The notes below the pieces were generated by a model. It searched no databases. It saw nothing but the letters and a program-made list of their open reading frames with translations, and had not been told where the DNA came from. A stretch of 52,824 nucleotides of DNA. It comes from Macrostomum lignano. Lineage: Eukaryota. Shown here in pieces: positions 26,143 through 38,565 of the stretch. The stretch lies in NCBI GenBank assembly GCA_002269645.1, contig NIVC01003462.1:1-52824 (forward strand), given 5' to 3'. Within the stretch, counting starts at the first letter, position 1. Each line of letters starts with the position of its first letter. Made by a program: the position numbers and the translations under genes.

Positions 26143-28187
26143 TCGGCAAAGTCCGGCCCGCCAAGCCTCTCTATCCGGCCCTCGGGGTCCTTTGAAACTT
26201 CACAATAGCAATCCGGCCCGCTCAATGTCTCTTCTCAGCTCTCTTACATGTACCTCCTTTCTCCCCTCTTCTCTCGATCCTCTCTCTCCCCTCTTCTCTC
26301 GATCCTCTCTCTCCCCTCTTCTCTCGATCCTCTCTCCCCTCTTCTCTCGATCCTCTCTCCCCTCTTCTCTCGATCCTCTCTCTCCCCTCTTCTCTCGATC
26401 CTCTCTCTCCCCTCTTCTCTCGATCCTCTCTCTCCCCTCTTCTCTCGATCCTCTCTCTCCCCTCTTCTCTCGATCCTCTCTCTCCCCTCTTCTCTCGATC
26501 CTTTCTCTCCCCTCTTCTCTCGATCCTCTCTCTCCCCTCTTCTCTCGATCCTCTCTCTCCCCTCTTCTCTCGATCCTCTCTCTCCTCTTCTCTCGATCCT
26601 CTCTCTCCCCTCTTCTCTCGATCCTCTCTCTCCCCTCTTCTCTCGATCCTCTCTCTCCCCTCTTCTCTCGATCCCCTCTCTCCCCTCTTCTCTCGATCCC
26701 CTCTCTCCCCTCTTCTCTCGATCCTCTCTCTCCCCTCTTCTCTCGATCCTCTCCCTCATCTTCTCTCGATCCTCTCTCTCCCCTCTTCTCTCGATCCTCT
26801 CTCCCCTCTTCTCTCGATCCTCTCTCTCCCCTCTTCTCTCGATCCTCTCTCTCCCCTCTTCTCTCGATCCTCTCCCTCATCTTCTCTCGATCCTCTCTCT
26901 CCCCTCTTCTCTCGATCCTCTCTCCCCTCTTCTCTCGATCCTCTCTCTCCCCTCTTCTCTCGATCCTCTCTCTCCCCTCTTCTCTCGCACCTCTATTTCC
27001 TCTTCTCTCCTTTCTTAGCTAGTCCGCAATCATTAGCCAGGCTCTTTATCTGGCCCTTGAGTTTTACCAATCCGTGATCTAAATCTGGTCAAATCATCTA
27101 AGATTCTGAAATCATAATTGAATAAGTTGAGCTGCAACTAAGTTGAACGGTTAGTTACAGTCGAAGAAGGAAGCTGAATGGAAGGCACAGGGGGGGGGGG
27201 GCATGTCTGCTTCAGCCCGAGCGCTGACAACGCGCTCTGATGGAATAGCGGACCATGATGGATGGCCGCGGCCTTTGATTAACCTGTGCCGGCGCCGCTA
27301 GACAAGCGGCTGCCCTGCGCTTCCTCCCGGCTGCCAAAGCGGGCTTTTCAAGATTGCTTGAAATTTTCTCACTCAGCGCCGGCCAGGGGCGGGCGGGCGG
27401 AGGCCCGTGTCAACGGGTTCAGCATTGAAGCTGATCAAGAGAAATCCGCCGATCCTCGCCCCGGGTTTCAAGCCGGCTCCGCCGACTTTTGACTGATCGA
27501 TGATCTGCTTTTTAGAAGCAGATCGGCCTGACGCGTGCAGCACGAGGCTGGCGGAAACTTGCTGCGCGCTTCGCTAAGTCAAGCACTTCAGATCAGCCGC
27601 GGCACACGTCAACGACTTTCCTCAATGATCCCTTCTGTGGGGCTCTTGATCGGTGTTTGGGATCTGTTTAGGTGGGCTTGTAGACCTGAGGCATTGCGGA
27701 GGGGTAAACACTTTCTTCTTCTATCGCCGTTCCTTGCAATTTCTTTCACTTTAGCTACTCCCCGGAGTTCACTGCAGCTGGGAGGGGCGCTTGAGTTGAG
27801 TACCTTCTCTCGGTACTCAGCCTTGCTAGCAGGGTTTTGCATGTAATTTGCAACTTTTATGCAGCCGTGAGTCATACCTGTGGAATTGCATTGGAAATCT
27901 TGACCTATTGAGCACCCTTACATTATTAATCCTAAACCAAGGACAGCAAAGACCTCAAGTTTAGTGTAGCTGCATGTAAAACAGGCTTTTGAGCGCATGC
28001 TTGCGGGCAAGAGGGGGGTAGAAATGAGATGGAATAGAGGAGAAGGAAGGAGAGGAGAGACGAGATTAGAGAGAAGCGAGCTGAGAAGAGACACAAATAG
28101 ACCTTGAGAGGGCCGGATTGCTAATTGTGAAGTTTCAAAGGACCCGCGGGGCCGGATGGAGAGGCTTGGCGGGCCGGAGTTTGCTGA
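26143..28187. mobile_element. Inverted pair of ~100-bp hAT-like element ends (26143-26245 and ~28075-28187)
   Basis: Left TCGGCAAAGTCCGGCCCGCCAAGCCTCTCTATCCGGCCC..GGTCCTTTGAAACTTCACAATAGCAATCCGGCCC matches the reverse complement of the right arm. The GGCAAA..CCGGCCCG pattern resembles hAT/Charlie subterminal motifs. No TSD found. Confidence 0.55.
26250..26990. repeat. Polypyrimidine 23-25-bp minisatellite (TCTCCCCTCTTCTCTCGATCCTCTC), ~30 copies
   Basis: Direct reading; source of the spurious S/L/P- and R/E/G-rich ORFs. Confidence 0.97.
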
Positions 28188-28197
28188 GGATCGCCAT

Positions 28198-28543
28198 CAT
28201 AAACCCGAAAAATCATAAACCCGAAATATCACAAACCCGAAATATCACAAACCCGAAATATCACAAACCCGAAATATCATAAACCCGAAATATCACAAAC
28301 CCGAAATATCACAAACCTCAAATATCACAAACCCGAAATATCACAAACCCGAAATATCATAAACCCGAAATATCATAAACCCGAAATATCACAAACCCGA
28401 AATATCACAAACCCGAAATATCACAAACCCGAAATATCACAAACCCGAAATATCATAAACCCGAAATATCATAACTCAGAAAACCAAAATAGTGTTGGAC
28501 ATTGCTAGACCTTTCGGAGTTGTGATTTTTCGGGTTTGTGATG
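28198..28543. repeat. 16-bp tandem array (ATATCACAAACCCGAA, ~17 copies) with an inverted copy at ~28520-28543; foldback/MITE-like
   Basis: Tandem units at 28198-28473; TTGTGATTTTTCGGGTTTGTGAT is the reverse complement of about 1.5 units. Confidence 0.85.
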
Positions 28544-31500
28544 CCCCCCTTTGCCCCACCTTTGACCCCTAATGTATAACAGTGAGTAGCAATGCTTAGC
28601 TAGCTAGTCAAATGCTGCTCTTTAATCTATGCAGCTTTTCCATTGTTTTAATTCAGAGATAAATGCAAGAAAGTTCGCATAGCTTGGAACTGATTTGGCA
28701 GGCGACTTCGTTAATTACGTACTGCTGCTACTCATCAAGTGCGGTCCTGCTCAAAATCACAGCACTCCGAAACGGGATAGCGATGGATAGACTGTAGTAG
28801 CCTGCTGTTGCGGCGGCTTCTGCAGTATAGGTGCGGCTTGCATGATTAATGGCTGGGGGCTGCCCCCATATCCCTTTGCTCATGTAGTTGCTGACTGACT
28901 GACACTGACACTGGACGCGACGGATCTGATAGACGCTAGCAATTGAATTTTCTGCCCCGTTGACTCTGGCAAACATTTGCGGCCGGCCTGGCTGTGTGTG
29001 TGAGGGAACAAGGGGAGATCATTCGCACCGCTGTCGAGGAGAGATATGTAAAAATAAGCCTCAAGCTGGGCGCGCATTTAACAATAGCCCCACAATAGGG
29101 GAAGCAGCGCCCAGCGGCAGGCAAAGCAAACTGTCTCAGAGCTACGGCTGCATTGGGTGGAGGTGGGGTTGGAGTTTAGTGGCGACTGGATTTGGGGCTG
29201 TCGGCTTGGGCTTGAAGGGCCGGCCATAAATCATTCAAACAGCCAGCAGCGATGCGTCAGTGCCCTGCCACAGACAGCCCGGGCCGGCCGCCTCCTGCCC
29301 GCCAAACCAAAGCTGGACGGGCCGCTGCTTCACATACCAAAGCGCAGTGTGTGAGAGCCGGTCCGGGCAGCTGCGGCAAGCAGTATAGATTCTCTGTGCC
29401 GTGGCCCGGCCATCCACACAATGGTCTGACGAAAACTTCCGGGCGCTTCAAATTGGGCCGAGTCAATCGTTCGGAATCTCAATTTCCTATTACTGTGGTG
29501 GGACATTGGGCTCGAGAAACTGTAATCGCCAGAGTTTAAAGTGGGTATAAGTGTTGTTGGGAAAAAAGTGGAGCAAGTCAGTAAGTTTTCTGAATTATTT
29601 GTCTTTCTCAGTGACCCCCCCCCGGGGTCCCTCAGCCCGTATGGATGCAGTTCATGTCTCGCAATGGTCATGCAGGGATCCATTCGATGTCTGGGCCGTC
29701 TGTATCAGTTTGATTCAACATAGCTATGCCAATACCGCTCAGTCAGCATCTTTGACACGAGGACCTCCTGGCTACTTGTTTACTTTTGTTCCAAGTCTAG
29801 GGACAGACGGAACGGACTGACTGAACATCTGGACTCGCAATGCTCCCAGACGGCAGGCAGTTCTGCATCTCCCCGAGAGGGGCGCAGAATGACAAGTGGG
29901 CTTGACGAAGGGCCGGCCTGGCGCGCTTTGTCTATGACGAGGCTTCTCTCCAAAGTTCTTGGGCTAGGATGAGGGGGGAGGGGCTTGCACCCGATCTCCG
30001 GGGATAAGAAAGGCTGGTGGGGAAGTAAGGCTCCTGTAGGCTGTAGCTGTCAAACTGTCAGACAAAATTTGAAGCGAATCCCCTTCAAACCTGGTGGGGG
30101 AGAGAGGGGGGAGACAGACTGATAGGGAAAGAAACGCAGGGAAGCCTGATTTGTCGGTCTTATAAACTTTAGTTAGAAATTGGGAGAATGTCTGGTTAAT
30201 GCCCCTCCACTCCCCCCAATGCGTTGCAGCGCGCTTTAGGAGCAAAACGAAATGGAGATTATTTTGAATTTTCCTAAAACCGAAGCGCGCACTGAGGATA
30301 AATGAGGATCAAAGCGGGATAAATCTCGTATGGGATAGTGCTCAGCAGCTCAGTTCTAATGGCTTGGCCCCTGCAGTTCTCAACAGTACCGCCAACAGCG
30401 CCCCGCCGGCTAAGGCAATTAATCAAAAGCAGAAAAACACAAAAAAGTTGTTGTGCGACCGAGGCAGAGCAGCATGCCATGCAAGGCTGCAATGAGGACC
30501 AGAGCAGCGTGAGTCCGGTCTAGAACCAGAGAGAGAGACAGAGCCATATACAATGAACGCAAATAGGTGCTGCTGACTCACTGTGACGAAGCGATTGCGC
30601 CTGTCCTCCAATCCAGTGACAGCTGCGCGCATTTGTCACCTCAAGGACTGCCACTCTGGCCGCCTCTATTTGTAGCATATCCCAATTTCCTCAGCTTGCC
30701 AAGTTGCCACGATAGCCATAAACAACGCCTACCTACAGAAGGCACGAAGGGTGTTGCACAATCAAACGTAGAAATCAAGCATTTTATAATACCCCTTTTT
30801 TGTCTAGCCAGCCAGGCAGGCAGGCGGACGGCTGTTCCGGTAATTGTAAATCAATTCAATTCATATTTTTACACGGTGAGAGTAGGACTTGTGAGCCGCG
30901 ACGCGGGTGGTGACCCGTGAAACCTTCCGGACTGGAACCGTCCTGTGGTCAAGCTTGATGCATTTCAGCTTATTTGAGGAAGTGAGCTCAGTTGGTTTCC
31001 GAGAAGCGGCTTGTCAAGATAGGCTGAGAGAGCTGCTTACTGTCTGTCATAAAAATCGGCCTTCAAAAGTTGCAGTGCTGAGAATTCAGAGATTTGACAT
31101 ACTATTTTGTTAAAACGTAAAATTAAAAAAAAATTAAAAATCAAAACTTTGACAGACTGTAAAATCAGTAAATTCTTGTCAACTATTAAAAGAATTTAAG
31201 CAAATTTTTACGTACTTTTAAGGTTACTTTCACAGTCTCTTCTCTCAGCTCTCTTCTCTCCTCTATCCCCTCTCCCTCATCTCATCTCAACTATTCTCTC
31301 ATCTCATCTTTTTTCTTCTTCCCTCTCCTCTATTCCTTCTCTATTGGACAGAGGTCCTTGTCACTCCCCAAGCGTCAAAATGGAGGGTGTGTCTTTTCTA
31401 GCCTCCAGTCCACTGGCGCTTATATCTAGTAGTCCCTGGCTGGGCCGGTCAGCCAATGAGTGGCCCTGTCTGTTCGCTTTTTAGACAGGCAGAGTAAAAT

Positions 31501-31796
31501 ATGGCCCCCACCCAGACAGGCGATCGCACCCAGACTGACAGCAGGGGGGGCTCGGAGGGCAAACAGACAGCCGATTGGTTCCTGGGAAACCACAGTTGAC
31601 AAGGGGGGGGGCCCAAGTGCACACACAGCAGGCAGCCCAACTGTGCTTCCGCCTCTTCGTTTTAAATAAGGCCCCCTTCAGCCCCTCCCCAAGAAAAGGA
31701 GACAGACAGACCAGTTCCGTTCTGTCGCGGATTTGCTTGCTTATCTAGGCACGTCCAGAGTTCGACAAGCAAAGAGAAGCAGGCAAAGGGAGCAAG

Positions 31797-33868
31797 ATGA
31801 GACTGCAAATCCTCCTGGCTCTGCTGCTGCCAAGCCAGCTCGTCTGTGCGACCGCCGGACTGCACAAATGCGAGCCCATCAGGGTGGACCTCTGCCAGGG
31901 CATCGGGTACAACTTGACCACCAAGGCCATGAACCTGGCCGGCCACGCAGACCAGCGCGATGCGGAGGTGATGCTCACAACCTTCTCGCCGCTAATCCAG
32001 TACCAGTGCTCGCGCAGTCTCCGCTTCTTCCTGTGCTCGGTGCTCACCCCGATGTGCGACCCGAAGTGGCCGAAGCCGATCGGTCCCTGCCGGCCACTGT
32101 GCGAGCGGGTGCGGACCAGCTGCTACCCGGTGCTCAGCGAGTTCGGCTTCGATTGGCCGGCTTTTCTCAACTGCTCCAACTTTCCGGAGAGCAACGACCG
32201 CGGCGACCACATGTGCATGGAGGGCAGTCCCGGTGGCGACAGCGTTGGTGAGGCCGCTCCACCGCAGCAGCCTCAGGCGCCTCGGAAAACTCCAGAAAAC
32301 TTCTGGGCCGCGCTGGACGAGTGGCGCCGCACCGTTGCTAGCAGGGCCTTCCGGCCGGGCTGCGAGCACATGCGCAACAGCGGCCAGTACCTCTTCCTCA
32401 ATCACACGGGCGAGTGCGCCCTGCTCTGCCACGGCCAAGACCTGTTCACTCTGGAGGACAGGCGCCTCGCCGAGCTCTGGTCGGGAATCCTGGCCGGAAT
32501 CTGCGCCCTCAGCTCGCTGGTCACTGTGCTGACTTTTCTCATCGACAGGCGCAGATTCCGCTACCCGGTGCGGCCCGTGCTGTTCATGTCGGCCTGCTAC
32601 CTATGCTACAGCGCCGCCTTCTTCATCCGCCTCCTGGCTGGTCGGGAGGCCGCCGCCTGCGACCGCGACCCGGCCACTGGCCGCCTGGTGCTAATCCGGC
32701 ACGGCCTGGACAACACCAACTGCGCCGTGGTCTTCCTGCTGCAGTACTTCTTCAGTACGGCGGCCAACGCCTGGTACGTGATCCTCGTGTTCACCTGGCT
32801 GCTGCAGGCCGGCTGGAAGTGGAGCCCGGAGGCCGTGGCCAGGCGCTCCTGCTATTTCCACCTGCCTGCCTGGCTGCTGCCGGTGGCCCTGACCGTCTGC
32901 ATCCTCATCGTGCGCCGGGTTGAGGCCGATGAACTTCTCGGCATGTGCGGCGTCGGCGGCCAGACGTCCGGCGACACTTTGCTGCTCTTTGTGGCCCTGC
33001 CGCAGGTGGCCTTCCTGGCTCTGGCTGTCGTCTGCCTGGCTGCCGGCTTCGTCGCAATGTCCGCGTGCGACGACAGGCCCGCTCGGATGGCCGCAAGACC
33101 GGCCGGTTCGACGTCCTGATGGGCAAAATCGGCCTGTTCTCGGCTCTGTACGTGGCTCCGACCGCCTGCCTGGCCGGCCTCAACCTGTACGAGCTGTCCC
33201 AGCGAGACCTGTGGCACGTGCCCGGGAGTCCCTACAGGTAAATTGACCGAGGTCATTTTCACCTATGAAGTTAGCAAATTGACATTCATTTCTTGTTATT
33301 TATCAATCAGAAACAGTAAAAACTGTTAGCGGCAGGACGGGATCCCGATGTGATCAAATCAAAAAAATTCTAGAAAACAGCGCGTTTTAACAAAATCTTT
33401 AAACACACCGGAAACTGCAGGCCAAGCGCGGCCGTCTTCCTCATCCGCGTGTTCGCCAGCCTGGCTATCGGCCTCACCACCGTCCTGTGGATCGTCGGCG
33501 GCAAGACGCTCCGCTCCTGGCGCCGCTTCTTCACGCCGGGCGGCAGCCGCGGCCGCGGTCGCCGACACGACGACGATGAGGACGAGGACGACGAGCGAAG
33601 CACGCCGAGCGGTGGCCGGCTGCACTGCAAGCAGCCAGCGGGGGGCCAACTGCCGCTGCAGCACCACCTGCCTCATCATCACCAGCTGCTCCAGCAGCAG
33701 CAGCAGCAGTTTTTGCTCACCTCCTCGCCGCAGATTTCAAACAATGCTACCCTGAGTTGGTCGAAACAGCCGGTACCGGGCGGTAACGGCGGCACCGCTA
33801 CGGTTTCCATGGCAACGCCAGCCACAGCTCGGTATGGCTACCGCGCACCTGACTCAGCCTGTCTCTAG
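31797..33868 (+). CDS. FZD4: Frizzled receptor, Frizzled-4-like; exons 31797-33237 and 33421-33868; one 1-bp deletion at ~33060
   Basis: Signal peptide; 10-Cys CRD with Fz4-like TTFSPLIQY.CS..LRFFLCSV..PMC..PIGPC and DHMCMEG; LTFLID..RFRYPVRP; 7TM segments. ATG TC CGC restores MFRVRRQ..DGRKT..LMGKIGLFS.LY. Phase-2 intron AG|GTAA...CTGCAG|G; KTLRSW (KTxxxW motif); His/Gln-rich tail ending SACL*. Confidence 0.93.
33803..33816. promoter_or_regulatory. Perfect RFX X-box match (GTTTCCATGGCAAC) inside the Frizzled last exon
   Basis: Sequence match to the established GTHNYYATRRNAAC consensus; function untested. Confidence 0.3.
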
Positions 33869-35374
33869 GTGCGGTGAGTTGCCTGCCCTGCGCTTAATAA
33901 CCCGAACGGCGAACACTGGATTTCCCAATCAGAAGCGAACTTGTTTAAGGAAGAAACTCATTCACACCTTCATACTGGTCAGCCCTTCTTATCCATCAAC
34001 TTCTCCCTATTGTTCTCCCACGAATATTGTCGGATTTTTAATTAATTAATTAGACAGTCGTGCTACTCCGACTGGTGCTCAAACCGCATTTGAGTAAGCA
34101 GTTGATTGGCAGCCAGATCTGCTATCTTGCGCAATTATCAATTAGGCATTATGCTCAGATTGAGTCCCCGCTGCAGACTGCCGTAGCACGAGCGAACAAC
34201 TTCTCCACCTGCCAATCACAAGTCTTCCAGCTCGTCGATTTGGAAATTTGTCTGGGTTCATATCAGTGCGCGCAGACCGCCCAGTGCCGCCCTTATCAGT
34301 TTCTCTGTGCCTTCTCCAACTAACATAAGTGCTATCGAGCAGCTACAGGCCCCTTGCTCCTGCTATTGACTTGACAGCCAGTGCCTACTAAATATATGCT
34401 AGTTACTTATATATATAGCATAATCTTTGTACATGCATATGAAATATTGCTTATAGACCGGGCTGGGTGTTGGGGGGAGGCCACGTGATCATTCAGTACA
34501 CTGGCACCGATGGCCTGTGAGCATTCGGTATCCCGATATGACTCATAAAGCTGCTATACACTAACGTATACCAATAGCTGATAGAATTGAGTCTTGACCC
34601 TGAGCCGATCTCTCCCCCTCATTGAATGCCTTTCAGACCTTCCGCAGCTGCTTGTTGCAGTCTAAGGAGCAGAAGAAGAGACAGACAGGCTTAATGAGGA
34701 AAAGATGATTGATTTTGTGATAACTTGACGCTACGTGGCCTGGACAAGTTGACTAGCTGATAATTATTGTACATAATCGCAAAAATTGTTACATTTATCT
34801 GGACTCTTGCGGCTCACCCAGCTATTCACGGCCACTGCTGCCATGGCAACACGTGTAGACACCTGCCCCATTCACAAATGGTAGTTGATGTAATGCTTTT
34901 CTCACAACTCCGCTTAAAGCACCTGACCACTGATAGCAGCGAGCTTATATTATTAATATGGCTATTATGAGAGATGCTACAGTTTACTAATTTTTAGTCA
35001 GTCGAATAAATTATCATTTTGCTGTTATCGTGTTCGATGCCGCTTCTCATACGCTTTTAGCTCGAACTTGCTAAATATTTTTTCTCTTTCAACAGCAGAG
35101 GCGAATTGTCGATTTGTACATTTCATTTGTTTCGTGACAGGTTCAAGCAGCAAACTGTAGCCAACTGTAGGTCAAAATAGACAGGCTTTCTGGCAATAAA
35201 TTATTTCATCGGATTGCAAAAATAGACTGATGTCAGTAACTTCTTGTCAGCTGCGTGTTGCTGAATTTGCCCACACATGCCTTGCCTGTCTCTTCGGTTC
35301 TGGAAAGCCAGCTGGAGGGAATGATGCCAGCTACTGTAGAACGAGTGATGCCAGATATTAAAGAAACCTATAAA

Positions 35375-36030
35375 AGGAATGATGCTAGCTATATACAGTA
35401 AGGAATGATGCCAGCTATATACTGTAAGGAATGATGCCAGCCATATACAGTAAGGAATGATGCCAGCTATATACTGTAAGGAATGATGCCAGCTTTATAC
35501 AGCAAGGAATGATGCCAGCTATATACAGTAAGGAATGATGCCAGCCATATACAGTAAGGAATGATGGCAGCTATATACAGTAAGGAATGATGCTAGCTAT
35601 ATACAGTAAGGAATGATGCCAGCTATATACAGTAAGGAATGATGCCAGCTATATACAGTAAGGAATGATGCCAGCTATATACAGTAAGGAATGATGCCAG
35701 CTATATACAGTAAGGAATGATGCCAGCTATATACAGTAAGGAATGATGCCAGCTATATACAGTAAGGAATGATGCCAGCTATATACAGTAAGGAATGATG
35801 CCAGCTATATACAGTAAGGAATGATGCCAGCTATATACAGTAAGGAATGATGCCAGCTATATACTGTAAGGAATGATGCCAGCTATATACAGTAAGGAAT
35901 GATGCCAGCTATATACTGTAAGGAATGATGCCAGCTATATACAGTAAGGAATGATGCCAGCTTTATGCAGCAAGGAATGATGCCAGCTTTATACAGCAAG
36001 GAATGATGCCAGCTACATGTACAGAAGGAA
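35375..36030. repeat. 26-bp minisatellite (GAATGATGCCAGCTATATACAGTAAG), ~25 copies
   Basis: Direct tandem units. Confidence 0.97.
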
Positions 36031-37044
36031 AGATGTCGACATGTACATTTAGAATGAATGATTCCAGCTTGGAATCCTACAATGCTCCCTCAACAGTATC
36101 ACAATTGATGGGGCGCAGAATCGCGCTCTGGGGATAAAATCCCAAAACCTGAGCATTCAAAGGATCGAGCTTCCACTTGCTGCGGCGACCGAAATTCGGC
36201 ATGTCAGAGCGGCCAGTCAGTTTGAAACTCGGTGCCCTCCAAAAACAAAAATCCTGGCCTTACTAGAAGTGGCGCCCAGCTTATCTCATTCCACTTGCTT
36301 CTAGGAGAAGAAGCAGCGCAGCAAGTATTAATCTCAGATTCTGCCTCTGAAGGAGGAGGAGGCTGGAGGGTCGCCCCCGCAGCGCTGCAGTGTTTGCTCT
36401 GTGCCACACCAGTTGCAGGCTGATGGACAGGCCAAGGGGAACTGGGGGGGGGGGCTGCAGCAGCTTGACGTGTTTGTCCTCCGCCCTTCGTATCAACTGG
36501 CTAAACACACACACACACACACACCGCATGGGATCTGGTCCTGTCACAGCTTGAACTGCTGCCGCACCCAATGCAGAACACCCAGCCGAGGGGCCTTCAT
36601 GGCAATAATAAATATTGGTTCCCTTAATTCTCCTAGCTTGCATATCAGATGCGCACACATTGGCATCGCCCAGATACAATGTGTATCTTAAGCCATCGCC
36701 ACAAGTTGTGCAGCGCGGCTTTTATCTGAGTTTTAGCAGGCACCCCCTCTGCAGTGTATCGAATTATTATATTCATGCGGATTGCAGCCAGCAGCTGATG
36801 GTTCAACTAGCTAAATATACACGAGGCCAACGCAGCAGCTGCTTGCTCTGTGCTGCATGGGAAATCAATCTGTTTGGTACACAATGGCAGGCTCCATGTG
36901 AATGCAGATAAAAGTCGTCAAAGTGCAATGACAATGTAGCGGGGGTGGTCCTTCCGAAGCATCATTTTTGCTGTTGCTGCCACGTACCCGACTTCCTGTT
37001 CCTCTTCTAGTGCAATATTAAGCTCCATAATTACACTTAATGAT

Positions 37045-37215
37045 GGGGTTGTAGCGACTCATGACTTGAAGGTCGGAGGTTCCATTCCTGATTCCACTGG
37101 AACGATTTGTGTCCTTGAGCAAGACACTTAACTCTGCATTGCTTCAGTTCACCCAGCTGTAAAATGGGTTCCAGCATTAGCTGGGGTAATTGAGGGTGTG
37201 TGGCGACCCCCCCCC
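37045..37215 (+). mobile_element. tRNA-derived SINE with a CORE/Meta-like central domain, degenerate
   Basis: B-box-like GGTTCCATTCC followed by TGTGTCCTTGAGCAAGACACTTAAC...CACCCAGCTGTAAAATGGG, matching the conserved CORE-type SINE signature (CCTTGGGCAAG.CACTTAAC...CTGTAAAATGGG). Confidence 0.7.
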
Positions 37216-37837
37216 CCCAGTCCTTGGACTGGACAGCCGTACGCAGCCTTCAGATGCGTCGCGCAAATAGCTGCGGCTGAGCTGTCGGTTGTAAATCTGT
37301 CTCAATTGGGGCAGGTGTAATCATTTTTACTTACACGCGATTTGTCACCGTATTAAAAGTCCCGACGGTCCATCAATCTGAAGACGAACGTGGAACATGC
37401 ATTTTGGCCATTTTAGCGCTGCAGGCGAGATTTTTTTAGGAAACATGATCCCCCCCCCCCTGATTTTTACTAAGGCCTTTACTTACTAAGTTGCTGTTCA
37501 AACCGGCACAATACAGCACAGTCCCATAAATAAACAATTGAAAATCTATTCTAGCAGAAGATTTATGGCACTAAAGCAGCCAAAGGTGGTCCACGACGAA
37601 TATGTGAAATACATGTACAATATTTTCCTGTTCAATATCTGATAAACTCTGCTATGCACAGCGACTGGGCGTGATAAAATTTATTTCATAAACATTGGAT
37701 TTGACTGGCATGTAAGAATTGAACATTTTCTAACTGGATGATATTAGTGTGCACACAGCTTCATTTGATAATATAGATCGATTAATTATATATATGTAAG
37801 GTAAAGTATCATATTTAACTGAGGCATACAAAGGACT

Positions 37838-38120
37838 GTATAATGACTCAGAAGGCTGTACAATAATTCTGTGAGCTGTACAATGATTTTGTGAGCTGTA
37901 CAATGATTTTGTGAGCTGTACAATGATTCTGTGAGATGTACAATGATTCTTTGAGCTGTACAATGACTGTGAGATGTACTATGACTCTGTGAGCTGTACA
38001 ATGACTGTGAGATGTACAATGATTCTTTGAGCTGTACAATGACTGTGAGATGTACTATGACTCTGTGAGCTGTACAATGATTCTTTGAGCTGTACAATGA
38101 CTCGGAGGGTTGTACACAAT
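37838..38120. repeat. ~20-bp minisatellite (GAGCTGTACAATGATTCT(G/T)T)
   Basis: Direct tandem units with length variants. Confidence 0.9.
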
Positions 38121-38565
38121 GACTCGGAGGTCGAAGGTATGCGCTCGGAAGGACATGAGGTGTGTTTAAAAGCGTACTGTGGCGGTAATTCTAGTACCGT
38201 CACAGCTCCCATTCGCGCAGCGCACCTGGCCATAGCAAATGCTGCAAACAGTTCCGGAGAAGCGGAAGCATTAACAGAACAAAAACAATCGCACAAAGAG
38301 CCGGATTCGATCAGAAATGCTTCATCACTTTTGATTTTAGATTTTGCAGACGGAGTGAACAAAGACTCGGCTTGTATTAGTGAGAGCCTGAATGCGTGCC
38401 TGGGCCTCCAGCCCTGAGGTTTATTTAGACTGCGGCTGTCGCATGGAGACAAGAATTTCTGCTTACAAAAAGCAAAAGTTTACCGCTAAATCCGCCTGCC
38501 TGCAGTTTGTTTGAAGCGGTTAAAAATAGAGCATGATGACTCTGTCCACAGCCAAATAGGCAATT

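Noticed and set aside
24084-27022. Periodic ORFs of 170-350 aa
   Set aside because: Translations of the 23-bp and CT-rich arrays.
31662-33683. Many overlapping ORFs around Frizzled
   Set aside because: Shadow ORFs of a high-GC CDS; only 32945-33241 and 33449-33868 contribute real frames.
36204-36911. Cluster of 60-130-aa ORFs, one with a hydrophobic LILAALLLLL stretch
   Set aside because: No recognisable domain, no consistent splice model, and no codon bias like the real exons.
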